Assembly: GCA_951813565.1 (NCBI GenBank)
Contig: OX638351.1
Coordinates: 160,001-224,000 of the forward strand
Length of the DNA stretch: 64,000 nt
DNA from: an uncultured Poribacteria bacterium
GTDB lineage: Bacteria > Poribacteria > WGA-4E > WGA-3G
Direction: 5' to 3'
Position numbers and translations under genes: made by a program. Below the pieces are notes generated by a model. That model was not told where the DNA came from and made no database searches. It saw nothing but the letters and a program-made list of their open reading frames with translations. Below are positions 9,702-21,838 of the stretch, piece after piece. Within the stretch, counting starts at the first letter, position 1. Each line of letters starts with the position of its first letter.

Positions 9702-10769
9702 TTACGATGGATGAATAAGTACTTTGGCGTAAAATTCGCTTTTGTCCTTCATCATGTGTAGTGTTTTTGTGCTATCTGTTAACGGAACCTTGTGTGTAAT
9801 CAGCGGTGAGAGGTCTAACTTTCCAGAAGCTATCGCTTGTAATACTGTGCGCCAATCGTCGTCGTTACCAGACACACTGTAATCGGAATTCCATGTTCCT
9901 AATAGACTCACCTCACGCCGCATCAGTTGTGAAATAAGCGATGCAGGAAGAGTTACATCTGCTACAGGATTCCCAAGTAAAACAACACTGCCACCACGTT
10001 GAACACTCCCAAATGCATAGAGATAAGTTTGCGGCACCCCTGCTGCTTCAATACAGACGTGCGCTCCTTTTGCTTTAGTCTGCGCGTTGACTACGTCAAC
10101 GGGGTCTTCAATTGTACTGTTAAAGACACTTTCAAAACCGAGACGTTGTGCCAATTTAAGCTTTTCAGTGAAAATATCAAATAAAAGCACCTGCATTGCG
10201 CCTATTATTCTTGCCCACTGTGCTACGATTAGACCAATAGGGCCTGCCCCGAAAATTGCAACTGTTTTGCCGACAAGCGAATCTTGAACTCTCCTTAGTG
10301 CGTGAAGTGCCACCGCGGCAGGCTCTGTCAGAGCTGCCTCTTGCAAAGTCACACCGTTCGGTACACGGATGAGGTTTTCTTTCGGTGCGACAACATATTC
10401 AGCAAAAGCCCCGTCACTTCGTGAACCGAGATAGTCGTAGGCGCTGCATTGCACATATTTACCGTTCTCACATGCATCGCACTTACCACACCAAATTAGT
10501 GGAAAAACAACGACACTGTCTCCCTGTTCAAACCCGTCAACGTCGGGACCGCATAGGTCTATAGTTCCAGCAAATTCGTGTCCACAGACTGTGGGAAAAC
10601 TGTAAGTGCCTTTAGAAAAAATCCTTGGAATGTCGGAACCGCACACACCACAAAAACCGATTCGGACGCGGACTTGTCCTTCAGAGACGTTTGGGATCGG
10701 CATCTGTGACAGGCGTAAATCCCCAACGCCGTGTAGCACAAGTGCCTCCATCAAACCGTTATGCATCAC
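9702..10769 (-). CDS. Galactitol-1-phosphate 5-dehydrogenase-like Zn-dependent dehydrogenase
   Basis: GVCGSDIPR, GHEFAG, YDYLGSRSDGAFAEY, GAGPIG, LLGTWNS. Confidence 0.85.
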   Translation of the reverse strand: MMHNGLMEALVLHGVGDLRLSQMPIPNVSEGQVRVRIGFCGVCGSDIPRIFSKGTYSFPTVCGHEFAGTIDLCGPDVDGFEQGDSVVVFPLIWCGKCDACENGKYVQCSAYDYLGSRSDGAFAEYVVAPKENLIRVPNGVTLQEAALTEPAAVALHALRRVQDSLVGKTVAIFGAGPIGLIVAQWARIIGAMQVLLFDIFTEKLKLAQRLGFESVFNSTIEDPVDVVNAQTKAKGAHVCIEAAGVPQTYLYAFGSVQRGGSVVLLGNPVADVTLPASLISQLMRREVSLLGTWNSDYSVSGNDDDWRTVLQAIASGKLDLSPLITHKVPLTDSTKTLHMMKDKSEFYAKVLIHPS

Positions 10770-11527
10770 ACTCCTCTTTTTGCGAGTCCAACCGAAATAA
10801 CCTGATGAATCTGCTGGATATTTTCTGCGCGAGAACCTGATTTGTGAAAAACGCTGCTGCTTCCACCGACCAAAATATCCGCTCCTGCAGCTACCATTTT
10901 AGGGATATTTTCAAAACTGACATTCCCATCAACTTCAATCGGAAGGTTCACACTGCGTTCATTCAAAAAAGCTTGGCAATCCGAAATTTTTTGTAGGGTT
11001 GCTGGCACTAATTTCTGTCCTGCGAATCCCGGATTCACAGTCATAATCAGCACGAAATCAAGCCGATCAATAACGTACGCTATCGCAGAAAGCGGGGTCG
11101 CTGGGTTCAAAGCGACGCCCGCTTTTATACCATGTCCTTGAATTACCGATAAAGTTCTATCCAGATGTATAGCAGATTCAGCGTGCACAGCGACTTGTTG
11201 AACACCGATGTTTGCGACTGCTTCCACAAAAAAGTCGTTATTTTGCACCATTAGGTGAATATCAAAAGCGCAATCTGTTTTTTGCCGTAATTGTTCAATG
11301 AGTGCCAACCCAATCGGCATGTTTGGCACAAAGTGTGCGTCCATCAAGTCGAAATGCAGCAGGTTGATTCCTGATTTTTCCAATTCCCGAATATCTGTCT
11401 CCAAATTACAGAGATCAGCACACATCACTGAAGGTGCTATGCTAATCTTTTTATCCGTGGTAATTGGGCATTGACTCTCAGGAGTCGGCAAGATGTTTCT
11501 CCAATCAAATTCGGGTTTCTCAAACAA
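10766..11527 (-). CDS. rpe: Ribulose-phosphate 3-epimerase family (Rpe/AlsE)
   Basis: IAPSVMCAD, HFDLMDAHFVPN, DIHLM, MTVNPGFAGQ, IEVDG. Confidence 0.9.
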   Translation of the reverse strand: MFEKPEFDWRNILPTPESQCPITTDKKISIAPSVMCADLCNLETDIRELEKSGINLLHFDLMDAHFVPNMPIGLALIEQLRQKTDCAFDIHLMVQNNDFFVEAVANIGVQQVAVHAESAIHLDRTLSVIQGHGIKAGVALNPATPLSAIAYVIDRLDFVLIMTVNPGFAGQKLVPATLQKISDCQAFLNERSVNLPIEVDGNVSFENIPKMVAAGADILVGGSSSVFHKSGSRAENIQQIHQVISVGLAKRGV

Positions 11528-11653
11528 TTATTATAACATAAAATAGGCGAATTGTCAAATTTTGGGAGATGTTAGGATATATAGAATTATGGTATCAACA
11601 GGGGTATAAGATTTTTAGGGTTGAAGTTGTCCTGATCGCAATGTTTTCGTTAA

Positions 11654-12013
11654 CTAATGGCTTAAAGCCACAAGGCAAGTACTCAGCATATTTTCAACCT
11701 CTTGCCGCGTATCGTCAAGCAACGGTCCCGAAAGGGCTGCACGGTAAAGATTCACAGCCCGCCTTAAATCCCCTGCTTTCTCGTAACAAGACGCTGCACT
11801 AATGCGATGTGCCGCAGCTTCTAATTCTCGACCAAGGACATCCAGCATAGGGGCAATGTGTTCCTCATAGTTGGCAACAGATAACCGTAGCGATTTTGCT
11901 GTTTCCGATATGCCAATATCTGACAATGCTTGTGCTTTGGTGAGAATTTGTGACTTTTGGCTCATCATCTCTTTGAGTGCCTTCGTATAAGGTTTAGTCT
12001 TCAAGTTTGACAT
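11654..12013 (-). CDS. Small helical (TPR-like) hypothetical protein
   Basis: RBS GGAGGAG before ATG 12013; SAASCYEKAGDLRRAVNLYRAAL. Confidence 0.6.
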   Translation of the reverse strand: MSNLKTKPYTKALKEMMSQKSQILTKAQALSDIGISETAKSLRLSVANYEEHIAPMLDVLGRELEAAAHRISAASCYEKAGDLRRAVNLYRAALSGPLLDDTRQEVENMLSTCLVALSH

Positions 12014-12562
12014 GTGATAACTCCTCCAACTGATGAAAAGAAAAACGAATACGATGACCACTCTCCGAAAATGCACAAACGACAATATAAGCGTCAAACC
12101 CAAAAGGATTTTTCAATGCTTGTTCAACTTTCTGTTGATGTCGTCGCATTAGTGCAGATAGTGTTTCTGTGCCGCTGATTTCCAGAACGCTTTGCATGTC
12201 TAATGAACGATAGTCAGCACGCTCTCCATAATTCGTCACATCTAATTTCCAAGATTAACAATATTAGGGGTTAGAATAAACGCCAAGGACGACGCGGCCA
12301 TTTCTACTATCGGTTTCGTTTGTATAGTTGCTCGCAAACGTTCAGCCTTTTCCTCTGTCTCTTCCGACCAGGACACCTCAAGTTTAAACTGCACCTCTTC
12401 ACCGAGCCAGTCTGAAACGATATTTTCACATGTGACTTCAAACACCGCAGGTGGCTGCAAATATAAACGCATCACTGATGAACAAGCAACAATATGTAAC
12501 TCAAGAAACAAGCGTGGATGCCAATCTGAAATTCTCTCAATGGTGCTTCTAAATGTGCGCAT
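11994..12562 (-). pseudogene. Frameshifted hypothetical protein with a PD-(D/E)xK-like motif
   Basis: ORFs 12242..12562 and 11994..12239 join if one base is restored near 12245 (NLG.LDVTNYGERADY...LEISG). Confidence 0.55.
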
Positions 12563-12673
12563 AACTATGAAAACTTATGGAAATGGTGCCACTTCGTAAA
12601 TTTACATCCAGAATGCTGAAATCTCTTATATTCTATCATAATTGTTGCATATAGTAAAGGAAAATAACTTCTT

Positions 12674-14263
12674 GGGGTGTGTAAAGTTTTGGTTATAAGT
12701 TCATGCTGCCTGTTTGAGTTCATTCCAATATCTGTCCCACGCTCCATTTTTTATCAAACATCGTGCGGAAAGCACTGGATTGATACCTTTCTCCTGCCAC
12801 CTCATAGCAGCTTGTTTACACCTTTGCCCCACGACATGTTTGCAGGCACTCTCAATCACGCCACTCCCGATTTGATACCCTTTTTCTCTAAACATTTTAT
12901 ATTGCATGCGTTCAGCGTGCTTTTCGAAATAGCCTGCTTCCCTGTCTAAGATATTCACAACATCTGGATTTTCTATACCTAAACCCCGAATGCGTAAAAC
13001 GAGTTCTGCTGTGTCTCCCTCATAAAGAAAAAAGTCTGTTGCCTCTACCCACTTTTCAATCGTTGTTGTCTGATGTTCCCAAATGCCTATTTTGCCACTT
13101 CATATAAATGGGATTTCGCATGCATGTAATCCACAATCTCAATGGCATTCGGAAAGTATTCATCGGCTAAGTTCCATATCCACGCAGCACCATCCCCAAG
13201 AAACACAACATCCTGGGTATCTATATCGTCTCGGTAAATGCCACTTTGCGTTGCTAACGCAAATAACTTTTTCCCAAACTGTTCCGCATTCTCACGCCCC
13301 GCAACATAACGAATACTTTCTGTTCTCGCACTCGGTGTCGCCCCCGAACCCAGTTGTGGATAATCTCTATAAACACAACCGACTTTCACTTCTTTCCATC
13401 CATCAGGGAGTTGGTATGACACCCATCACAACTCACATGCCATCGCTCATTTTCTGCGAGTTTTTGAGGTGCCACTTGTTCACAGACGCTCAAATCTTCT
13501 GACCATTCACTCACTTTGTGTTGGAGCGTCGTGTGGCTCACTTCTATCCCTTGAAAAGACAACTCTTTCGCAGCAGCTCTATAGTCAAAATGTGCTGCCA
13601 GATAACACATCCGCTCTGCAACACGATACGTATATATACCTTTCAACTTCTGGCGCATATCCCAAGGTCTATGATAATGACCCGACACACATTTGGACAC
13701 CCAACGCTGCACACGGATCCTGCCACAAAGTGTTGTGATAGTCACGCCGCGTTTCTGTATCGGACGACACGCTTGTTCACATTGTGGACAAGCAACAGGT
13801 GCTGTTGATTGTTGAGATGCTGCTTCGGATACACACACTTCCAACAACTTTTGACCCGTTCTATTCATCAAGTCTCGCACACAAGTCTCAGCTGCTTCTA
13901 ATGATACGCAACGGGATGACGAAAGTTCTCCTGCCACCTGAGCAATGTCTTCTAAAATCTCTTTGACTTCCGGGTTTTCTAATGGTATACTAAACATCGG
14001 TATCCTTCCTGTGTTTCTAAGGTTATTAGGATAACCTAAGTTGCTACGGACAAGATTTCAAGCTTGTAGACCTTGCTTTTTACTGAAAAACAAGGATTTC
14101 CAGCTAATTCTTATGCTTCTTTTTTAAATCGGGGTTAGAAACCCCTCCTACAAGAGCATTCGCGATATAGGTAGCAACTTGGGTTAGGATAGGATACCCT
14201 ATTTTTACTATAACCGCAACCTCTCTGGACATCAGTGTTTCTACAAAAACTTTACACACCCCC
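12674..14263 (-). mobile_element. ISKra4-like (UPF0236) insertion sequence with frameshifted transposase (12701-13997)
   Basis: Terminal inverted repeats GGGGTGTGTAAAGTTTT; fragments carry SCDG, WKEVKVG, FLGDGAAWIW, IVDYMHAKSHL, IGSGVIESACKHVVGQRCK. Confidence 0.85.
14034..14184. mobile_element. MITE family A, nested inside the ISKra4-like element
   Basis: TIR ACCTAAGTTGCTAC...GTAGCAACTTGGGT, 7-bp TSD TAGGATA; near-identical inverted copy at 15875-16026. Confidence 0.85.
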
Positions 14264-14332
14264 AATGTTCTTCATGTCTGTTAAATCAACCTCTCATATT
14301 CAGAACCAACAAATCGATAACCGTTAATCGTT

Positions 14333-15448
14333 ATGAAAATAGGCATTGTAGGTAGGCCTCATGTGGGGAAAACTACAGTTTTCAACGCTTTAGCACATTC
14401 TAATGCTGAAATTGGGGACTACACTAATAAAAAACAGATTAATCTTAGCACTGTTTCCGTTCCAGATGAACGTTTGAAACCGTTAGCAGAGGTTTTTCAG
14501 TCTAAAGAAATTATATTCGCTACCATTGATTACATGGATGGCGGCGGCACCTCTCGTTCCGCAATAAACCGTCATGTTGAACGTTCAGAACGCGCCGAAA
14601 TAGATGCAAGCATACTTGCAGAACTTCGCACTGCTGATGCACTCGCACATGTTGTCCGGCTTTTTGAAGACGAGACTGTTCCTCATGTTGATGGTAACGT
14701 CAATGGTAAACGGGACATTGAAGCCATAGATTTAGAATTCGTATTTGCCGATCTACAAATTATTGATGGACGAATTAGTAGACTTGAAAAACTCTTGAAA
14801 AACCAGAAGTCTGCTGAACATCAAAACGAACTTCGAATTTTAGAAACGTGTAAAGAAACCCTTGATAACGGAAAACCGCTTCGCGCCCTTACAATATCAG
14901 ATAATGAAGAAAAGATAATACGGGGCTATGGGTTCTTAACACAGAAACCTCTACTACTTATCTGTAACATCAGTGAAACCCAGCTTGATGAGGCAGATGA
15001 AATTTTTAAACGTTTTGCCGAATATGAGGCACAACCACAAACCACTGTTTTCGTGCTCGCAGCACAATTAGAAATGGAAATCGCTCAACTTGATTCCGCA
15101 GACGCTGAAGTATTCTTGACTGAAATGGGATTGAATGAATCCGCTTTAGAAAGGTTTATACAGACTTCATACCAATTAATGGGGTTGATTACATTCTTTA
15201 CAGGTGGGCCAAAAGAGGTGAGGGCATGGACACTTCGGAGTGGACAAACTGCTCTGGAAGCAGCTGGACTGATTCACACCGATTTTGAACGCGGATTTGT
15301 CCGTTCAGAATGCATTAACTGGGCAGAGTTAGTAAATTGTGGCAGCTATACGCAAGCCAGAAGTAAAGGATTAGTGAGAGCGGAGGGTAAAACATATCAG
15401 GTTCAAGAGGGTGATGTCCTAACAATTTTGGCAAATCCTACTAATTAA
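14333..15448 (+). CDS. ychF: Redox-regulated ATPase YchF
   Basis: GIVGRPHVGKT, VPDERL, LITFFTGGPKEVRAWT, AAGLIHTDFERGF, EGKTYQVQEGD. Confidence 0.93.
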   Translation: MKIGIVGRPHVGKTTVFNALAHSNAEIGDYTNKKQINLSTVSVPDERLKPLAEVFQSKEIIFATIDYMDGGGTSRSAINRHVERSERAEIDASILAELRTADALAHVVRLFEDETVPHVDGNVNGKRDIEAIDLEFVFADLQIIDGRISRLEKLLKNQKSAEHQNELRILETCKETLDNGKPLRALTISDNEEKIIRGYGFLTQKPLLLICNISETQLDEADEIFKRFAEYEAQPQTTVFVLAAQLEMEIAQLDSADAEVFLTEMGLNESALERFIQTSYQLMGLITFFTGGPKEVRAWTLRSGQTALEAAGLIHTDFERGFVRSECINWAELVNCGSYTQARSKGLVRAEGKTYQVQEGDVLTILANPTN

Positions 15449-15459
15449 CGTTATTTTGA

Positions 15460-16145
15460 TATATAGCAAATTTTAGAATTAATTAGACATTTTTAACTGT
15501 GCGGTTCGGAAACCGCACCTACCGGGACAGGAGTTCAGTATAGGTTGGTTAGAGTTTACGAAATCCAACATGTATGCGCAAAAACTGGGTTTCGCAAACT
15601 CTAACCATAGGTGTCAATTTAAGGATATACCTTCTTGTGGGAGGGCTTTCTAAGCCCGATTTATTACCCAAAGGTAGGCGGGGAATGCCTAAATGGCATT
15701 CATACCGTTGATTTGGCGTTTTGTTCACGCACTATATCTGTGCTAAAGATTACCTAACGGCGCGTTTAGAAAACGCGCCTACCAGGGGTGGCGGACCACT
15801 AAATGACAGCTATGGGTTTCGCAAACTCTAACCAACCCACAGTAACCAAAATTGTCCAAACTTTAGCAATTATAACCCAAGTTGCTACCTATATCGCGAA
15901 TGCTCTTGTAGGAGGGGTTTCTAACCCCGATTTAGAAAAGAAAGCATAAGAATTAGCTGGAAATCCTTGTTTTTCAGTAAAAAGCAATGTCTGCAAGCTT
16001 GAAATCTTGTCCGTAGCAACTTAGGTAATTATAGTAAAATCCAATAATATGTTCACATTTCAATGAACAGCAATTCCCACACGCATGCGCTGGCGAGGTT
16101 TCCTAACCTCGCCAATGTAAAGGTAATTGTGAATTTTACTATAAA
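15460..16145. repeat. Cluster of REP-like hairpins and MITEs between convergent genes
   Basis: Hairpins gtgcggttcggaaaccgcacctac and ggcgcgtttagaaaacgcgcctac; duplicated gggtttcgcaaactctaacc; TIR pair tatagtaaaat...attttactata. Confidence 0.75.
15875..16026. mobile_element. MITE family A, second copy (inverted)
   Basis: Same TIRs and internal sequence as 14034-14184; 7-bp TSD AATTATA. Confidence 0.85.
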
Positions 16146-16790
16146 CTATTCATCTCGTAATTTTGCTATGGAATCCATCATTCGTATACCCATCTGTTGA
16201 TACATCTCACGTTTGACTTCTGACTCAACTATTTTAGAAAAATCAATCGGTTCTCCAAACCTCACTCTCAGTTTTGCACGACGAAGACGGTTACTACCGC
16301 GAGGCAACATCTTTTCTGCCCCGCTATGAAAAACAGGTATTGTTGGGACACCTGCGCGATGTGCTATAAAACACGCGCCATCATGCGCCTTATCCAAATT
16401 CCCATCAACACTACGGGTGCCTTCCGGAAATATGAGCACGGCATTACCATTTTTAAGAAGAGAGAGCGTTTTTCGCAATGCTCCTAAGTCAGGTTTGCCT
16501 CTATTAACAGGAAAAGCATTAAATGTAGTAATTAACTTATTTAAACCCGGAACATGGAAAAGGCCGCTCCGTGCCATGAAATGTATTTCACGATTAGCGG
16601 CAGACCCAACAATTATAGGATCCAAAAGACTGATATGGTTTGAGACAAGTAATACGCCCCCTTCGCGTGGGATGTGGCTAACACCTCGCGCTTCAAGATG
16701 TCCCATTACTTTACAAAAAAGATTTGTGAGTCTATGCCCCCACCGATATATCCGGCGTGGTGACCAGAATTGATTGTTGGTATACCACAT
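16146..16790 (-). CDS. plsC: 1-acyl-sn-glycerol-3-phosphate acyltransferase
   Basis: NHISLLD, FPEGTRS. Confidence 0.9.
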   Translation of the reverse strand: MWYTNNQFWSPRRIYRWGHRLTNLFCKVMGHLEARGVSHIPREGGVLLVSNHISLLDPIIVGSAANREIHFMARSGLFHVPGLNKLITTFNAFPVNRGKPDLGALRKTLSLLKNGNAVLIFPEGTRSVDGNLDKAHDGACFIAHRAGVPTIPVFHSGAEKMLPRGSNRLRRAKLRVRFGEPIDFSKIVESEVKREMYQQMGIRMMDSIAKLRDE

Positions 16791-16844
16791 GAAAATTTGT
16801 TATAGCATTGGTGCTTTAACCCTCCGTAAAAACATTAACCATGA

Positions 16845-17516
16845 TCAATTCCTACTATTTACTTGTGCGACTATAAAGTCTACGACTTCATCAATCGTTT
16901 TACCCGTTGTGTCTACGCGAATCGCGTCTTTAGCCGCTCGCAAAGGGCTATGTTCCCGTGATGTATCCTTCTCATCACGCTCACTAATTTCAGTCTCAAC
17001 AGTCTCTAACGTTATATCTGTATTGTGCGCCTGAAGTTCTAAGAATCTCCGTTTAGCACGTTCCTTTACAGATGCATCGAGATAAAATTTAAAATCGGCA
17101 TCGGGAAACACAATAGTTGTCAAATCTCTTCCTTCAGCGATAATACTCCCTTCCTCACCGATTTTTCGTTGATGCTTAACAATCTCGTGTCGAATCTCTG
17201 GAACTTTCGCAATATCCGCAACTAACTTGTTAACTTCTGGAGTCCGTATCTGAACAGAGACATCTTCGGAATTGAGAAGAATTTTTTTGCCGTTGTCCAT
17301 AAATTCAATACGACATGTTTTCACAAGCTCAATAAGTTTAGAAATATCTTTTTCTACTTCATTTTCTATTGCAAGCACTGTTACCGCGCGGTACATAGCA
17401 CCCGAATCCAGATAAAGCAGTCCCAGTTTTTCTGCAACACGACGCGCTACAGTGCTTTTCCCTGAGCCTGCAGGTCCATCCATTGCTATTGTCACATGAT
17501 GTCCAATCTTTATCAT
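16845..17516 (-). CDS. cmk: Cytidylate kinase
   Basis: DGPAGSGKST, LDSGAMYRA, EGRDLTTIVFPDA. Confidence 0.96.
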   Translation of the reverse strand: MIKIGHHVTIAMDGPAGSGKSTVARRVAEKLGLLYLDSGAMYRAVTVLAIENEVEKDISKLIELVKTCRIEFMDNGKKILLNSEDVSVQIRTPEVNKLVADIAKVPEIRHEIVKHQRKIGEEGSIIAEGRDLTTIVFPDADFKFYLDASVKERAKRRFLELQAHNTDITLETVETEISERDEKDTSREHSPLRAAKDAIRVDTTGKTIDEVVDFIVAQVNSRN

Positions 17517-18454
17517 TTTTTCTCTAAATTTTCTCTCTGTTTTAAAACTATGTCTTGGGCTTCCACAAGCACCCGCTCAATTTCAGCATGATTGTATGTC
17601 TCAAGAAAGGTTCTGAATTCGTTCAAATTTTCACTGAAAACGTCCATTAAAGATAACAGGACATCTGCATTCTGGGTAAAAATACCAGTCCATAATTCAG
17701 GTGAACCGCCAGCAATGCGTATGGTATCCCGAAAACCTGTTGCTGTGAAATCCAGCGCTTTTCCATCTGGTGTTTCCACGTTTGCTACGCTGTTGGCGAG
17801 TATGCTTGCAATCAGATGAGGTAGATGGCTTGCTGCACCAATCAGTTTATCATGAACTATAGGCGAACATAAATATGGCACACTACCAACAAATTCCCAC
17901 AGGTTTTTAACCAACTGCAATGCATCTGCATCCGTATGTTCTGTCGGCGTTAAGATACACTTTGCATTTTCAAAAAGGTCTGCTTGCGCAGCATCAACAC
18001 CCGTTTCATGTGAACCTGCCATCGGATGTCCGCCTACAAAAGAGATACCGGATGATGGCGCCGCCCGCACCTGCGTTTCAACCGACTGGACTAATAACGA
18101 TTTTGTGCTTCCGACATCGGTAACCACAATTTGTTTTTTCTTTTTCCCAACAACAGATTCAATGATACTTTTGACAAACATCGGTATAAGTTTTACAGGT
18201 GTACATAACACGATAAGGTCACTGTCCTGAATTCCTTCTGCCACATCTGTTGTCACAGAGTCAACAGCATTCTGCTGCTGTGCATTTTTGAGTCTACCGA
18301 TGTTCCGCCCTAAACCGACACGCTGCCCCTTAAATCCGTTTCTCTTCAGTGCCAACCCAAGCGAACCGCCTATTAAGCCGACACCCCAAATCGTAATTTT
18401 ACGAATTTCTTTTATTTCTTGTGTGGCAGGTTTCGGTTTGTGTTTTGAAAACAT
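17513..18454 (-). CDS. tyrA: Prephenate/arogenate dehydrogenase
   Basis: GVGLIGGSLG, TDVGSTK, GGHPMAGS, SHLPHL, GFRDTIRIA. Confidence 0.92.
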   Translation of the reverse strand: MFSKHKPKPATQEIKEIRKITIWGVGLIGGSLGLALKRNGFKGQRVGLGRNIGRLKNAQQQNAVDSVTTDVAEGIQDSDLIVLCTPVKLIPMFVKSIIESVVGKKKKQIVVTDVGSTKSLLVQSVETQVRAAPSSGISFVGGHPMAGSHETGVDAAQADLFENAKCILTPTEHTDADALQLVKNLWEFVGSVPYLCSPIVHDKLIGAASHLPHLIASILANSVANVETPDGKALDFTATGFRDTIRIAGGSPELWTGIFTQNADVLLSLMDVFSENLNEFRTFLETYNHAEIERVLVEAQDIVLKQRENLEKK

Positions 18455-18655
18455 ACAGCAGAATTCCTATAGACAATGTTCATTCTATTTTAAGAGAATC
18501 GTATCAAGGATGTCAAGTGAAAAGTCATCTTATATTGCTATGTAAAATAAATAATTCTGCAAGAAAAAACAGCGGCACATTTGAAAAATTGCCCTTCCTT
18601 CAATGCCGCTGTTACATTAAAAATCTTTTGTTTCTGGATTATGAAACTATCCACA

Positions 18656-19441
18656 CTATTCCTTAATCACAAAGAATTTCTCCTCTTTAATCCGTTCTTC
18701 AGGAAAACGCGCACGCGCCCAGATCGCTTTAGAATTCTCAATCATCTGTGGATGTCCACACGCATACACAACAGAGTTCGTGTGGTCATAACCCATCTGA
18801 TCACCGTATTTGCGAATAACGTCTTCAGCACGCCCGCTTTCGCCTTCCCATTCCGCATCTTCCCACGGACGGCTCACCGTTGGAATAAACGAGAACCATT
18901 CCTCTTGTGCAGCAAGTTCATTGAGTTCATCCATATAATATCCAAGTTCCCATGAACGACTCGCACCAACAATCGCGAGAATCTGATGTGCACTTGATTT
19001 ACCCTGTTCCTGCTCAATTTTCTGCGTGCGAGCAATACTAATATACGGTGCTGCGCCTGTAACAGTCCCAGCCATGATATGACGTGTCATCCCACTTTCC
19101 GTGTCCATTACAAATTTCCCTACGAGGCGGTCTCTGATGAATACAGTGTCGCCAAGTTTCAATTCCCAAAATAGCGGTGTGGTTGCGCCCTCAGGCACCA
19201 ATTCAACGAATACCTCCATAAAGGGTTCGTGGGGTGAAGATACAATAGAATAGGGGCGCTGGACAATCTTATCATTTACTTCAAAACCAATAGTGGCATA
19301 CTGTCCAGGAATAAAAGGGAGTTGTTGATCGGTACGGAATTTAAAAGCAGCTAAATCTTCAGAAAAATCTTCACGTTCAATGAGTTCGCCTATACAATAT
19401 CGCGATCTTGAGCTTTTTCTTTGCATAACTTTTTCCTTCAA
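18656..19441 (-). CDS. fpr: Ferredoxin/flavodoxin-NADP+ reductase
   Basis: FIPGQY, RPYSIVS, VSRP, YACGHPQMI. Confidence 0.85.
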   Translation of the reverse strand: MKEKVMQRKSSRSRYCIGELIEREDFSEDLAAFKFRTDQQLPFIPGQYATIGFEVNDKIVQRPYSIVSSPHEPFMEVFVELVPEGATTPLFWELKLGDTVFIRDRLVGKFVMDTESGMTRHIMAGTVTGAAPYISIARTQKIEQEQGKSSAHQILAIVGASRSWELGYYMDELNELAAQEEWFSFIPTVSRPWEDAEWEGESGRAEDVIRKYGDQMGYDHTNSVVYACGHPQMIENSKAIWARARFPEERIKEEKFFVIKE

Positions 19442-19708
19442 AATAGAATTATGGAGTTCTGATTGTCTTCAATATATTATACTTAAAACAGAAACCTTTA
19501 TCAAATATTTTTTCAACAGAGAATTACACAACATGCTTGACTCAACAACACACTTGCAATTTATCACATTTTGAAGTATAATTATTAAGGCATAATAGTA
19601 AAATTATGTAATTGGAATTATAAAATAAATAATGTACTTGGAATCCATTTTGTGAGTTTGTAATTGCAGTTTTAAATTCTGCTTAAGAGAATGCGATTGT
19701 AAAAGTAG

Positions 19709-20755
<1,047 letters not shown>

Positions 20756-20766
20756 TGGGAAGGACT

Positions 20767-21525
20767 ATGCGAACACCTATCATTGCTGGAAATTGGAAAC
20801 TAAATAACACAATTTCAGAGGCGGTTGCTCTCACAACAGCGTTAAAGGATTTAGTCGCTGATTGCGCTGGAGTAGAAATTATAGTCGCACCGACTTTTAC
20901 CGCACTTGCTACTGTAAGTGATATTATAAGAGACAGCAACATTCGCCTCGCTGCACAAGATGTCTATTGGGAAGATAGCGGGGCATTTACTGGCGAAGTG
21001 TCCGCACCTATGTTGAAAGATGCCGGGTGTGATTACATTATCATCGGACATTCAGAGCGGCGACAATACTTCGGTGAGACAAATGAGAGCGTTAATCAAA
21101 AAGTAAAAACTGCATTATCGCACGACTTGAAGCCGATTATCTGTGTTGGAGAACAACTTGAAGACCGTGAAGCAGGCAGAACCGAAACGGTTATTGAAAA
21201 TCATGTTTCAGGTGGCACTGCAGGCTTATCGTCTGCACAATTGTTGAGCAGCATTATAGCCTATGAACCTGTCTGGGCGATCGGCACTGGGAAAACCGCA
21301 ACGCCTGCACAAGCACAAGAAGTACACAGTTATATTCGGAAATTGTTGAAAGACGCTTACTCTGCCGATGTTGCATCTCAGGTACGCATTCAATACGGTG
21401 GCAGCGTAAAACCAGAAAACGCAGCGGAATTAATGTCACAACCCGATGTGGATGGTGCTCTCGTCGGAGGCGCAAGTCTTCAAGCCGAATCTTTTGCTGA
21501 AATCGTGAAAAGTGCAATATTATAA
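20767..21525 (+). CDS. tpiA: Triosephosphate isomerase
   Basis: AGNWK, GHSERR, AYEPVWAIGTG, YGGSVKP. Confidence 0.98.
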   Translation: MRTPIIAGNWKLNNTISEAVALTTALKDLVADCAGVEIIVAPTFTALATVSDIIRDSNIRLAAQDVYWEDSGAFTGEVSAPMLKDAGCDYIIIGHSERRQYFGETNESVNQKVKTALSHDLKPIICVGEQLEDREAGRTETVIENHVSGGTAGLSSAQLLSSIIAYEPVWAIGTGKTATPAQAQEVHSYIRKLLKDAYSADVASQVRIQYGGSVKPENAAELMSQPDVDGALVGGASLQAESFAEIVKSAIL

Positions 21526-21597
21526 TTATAGTGAACTTTGAAATTATTGGGACACTTTGATAAACTTGTCTTGGAAAGATACTGAACAATAGAAGTT

Positions 21598-21770
21598 GTA
21601 GCATAAACTTTTAGTTTGTGCCTTATGAGACGCAAACTAAATGAAGTTTAAGAAAATGAATCGGTAATTTTGCGAGGTTAGGAAACCTCGCCAGCAGAGG
21701 TGGACACATGGCTTGTGCAGACAGGAAATTACCGAATTAAAAAATTAATCTTCATAAAGTTTGCGCTACA
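21598..21770. repeat. GTAG-type REP-like element interrupted by an ATGAAG...CTTCAT MITE
   Basis: gtagcataaactt...agtttgcgctac arms; the same two components recur at 27548-27935. Confidence 0.7.
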
Positions 21771-21838
21771 GAAGTGTCCCATTAATTATAGGTTTTACTA
21801 TAAATAGCCTTGAAGGCAATTTTAAAGAGGATTATATT

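Noticed and set aside
12701..13997. Programmed frameshifting in the ISKra4-like transposase
   Set aside because: Several separate breaks, at least one a short homopolymer deletion; decay or sequencing error is more likely and cannot be separated without reads
12660..14272. Target-site duplication for the ISKra4-like element
   Set aside because: Flanks (aacttctt versus aatgttctt) are only partly similar, so no TSD is called
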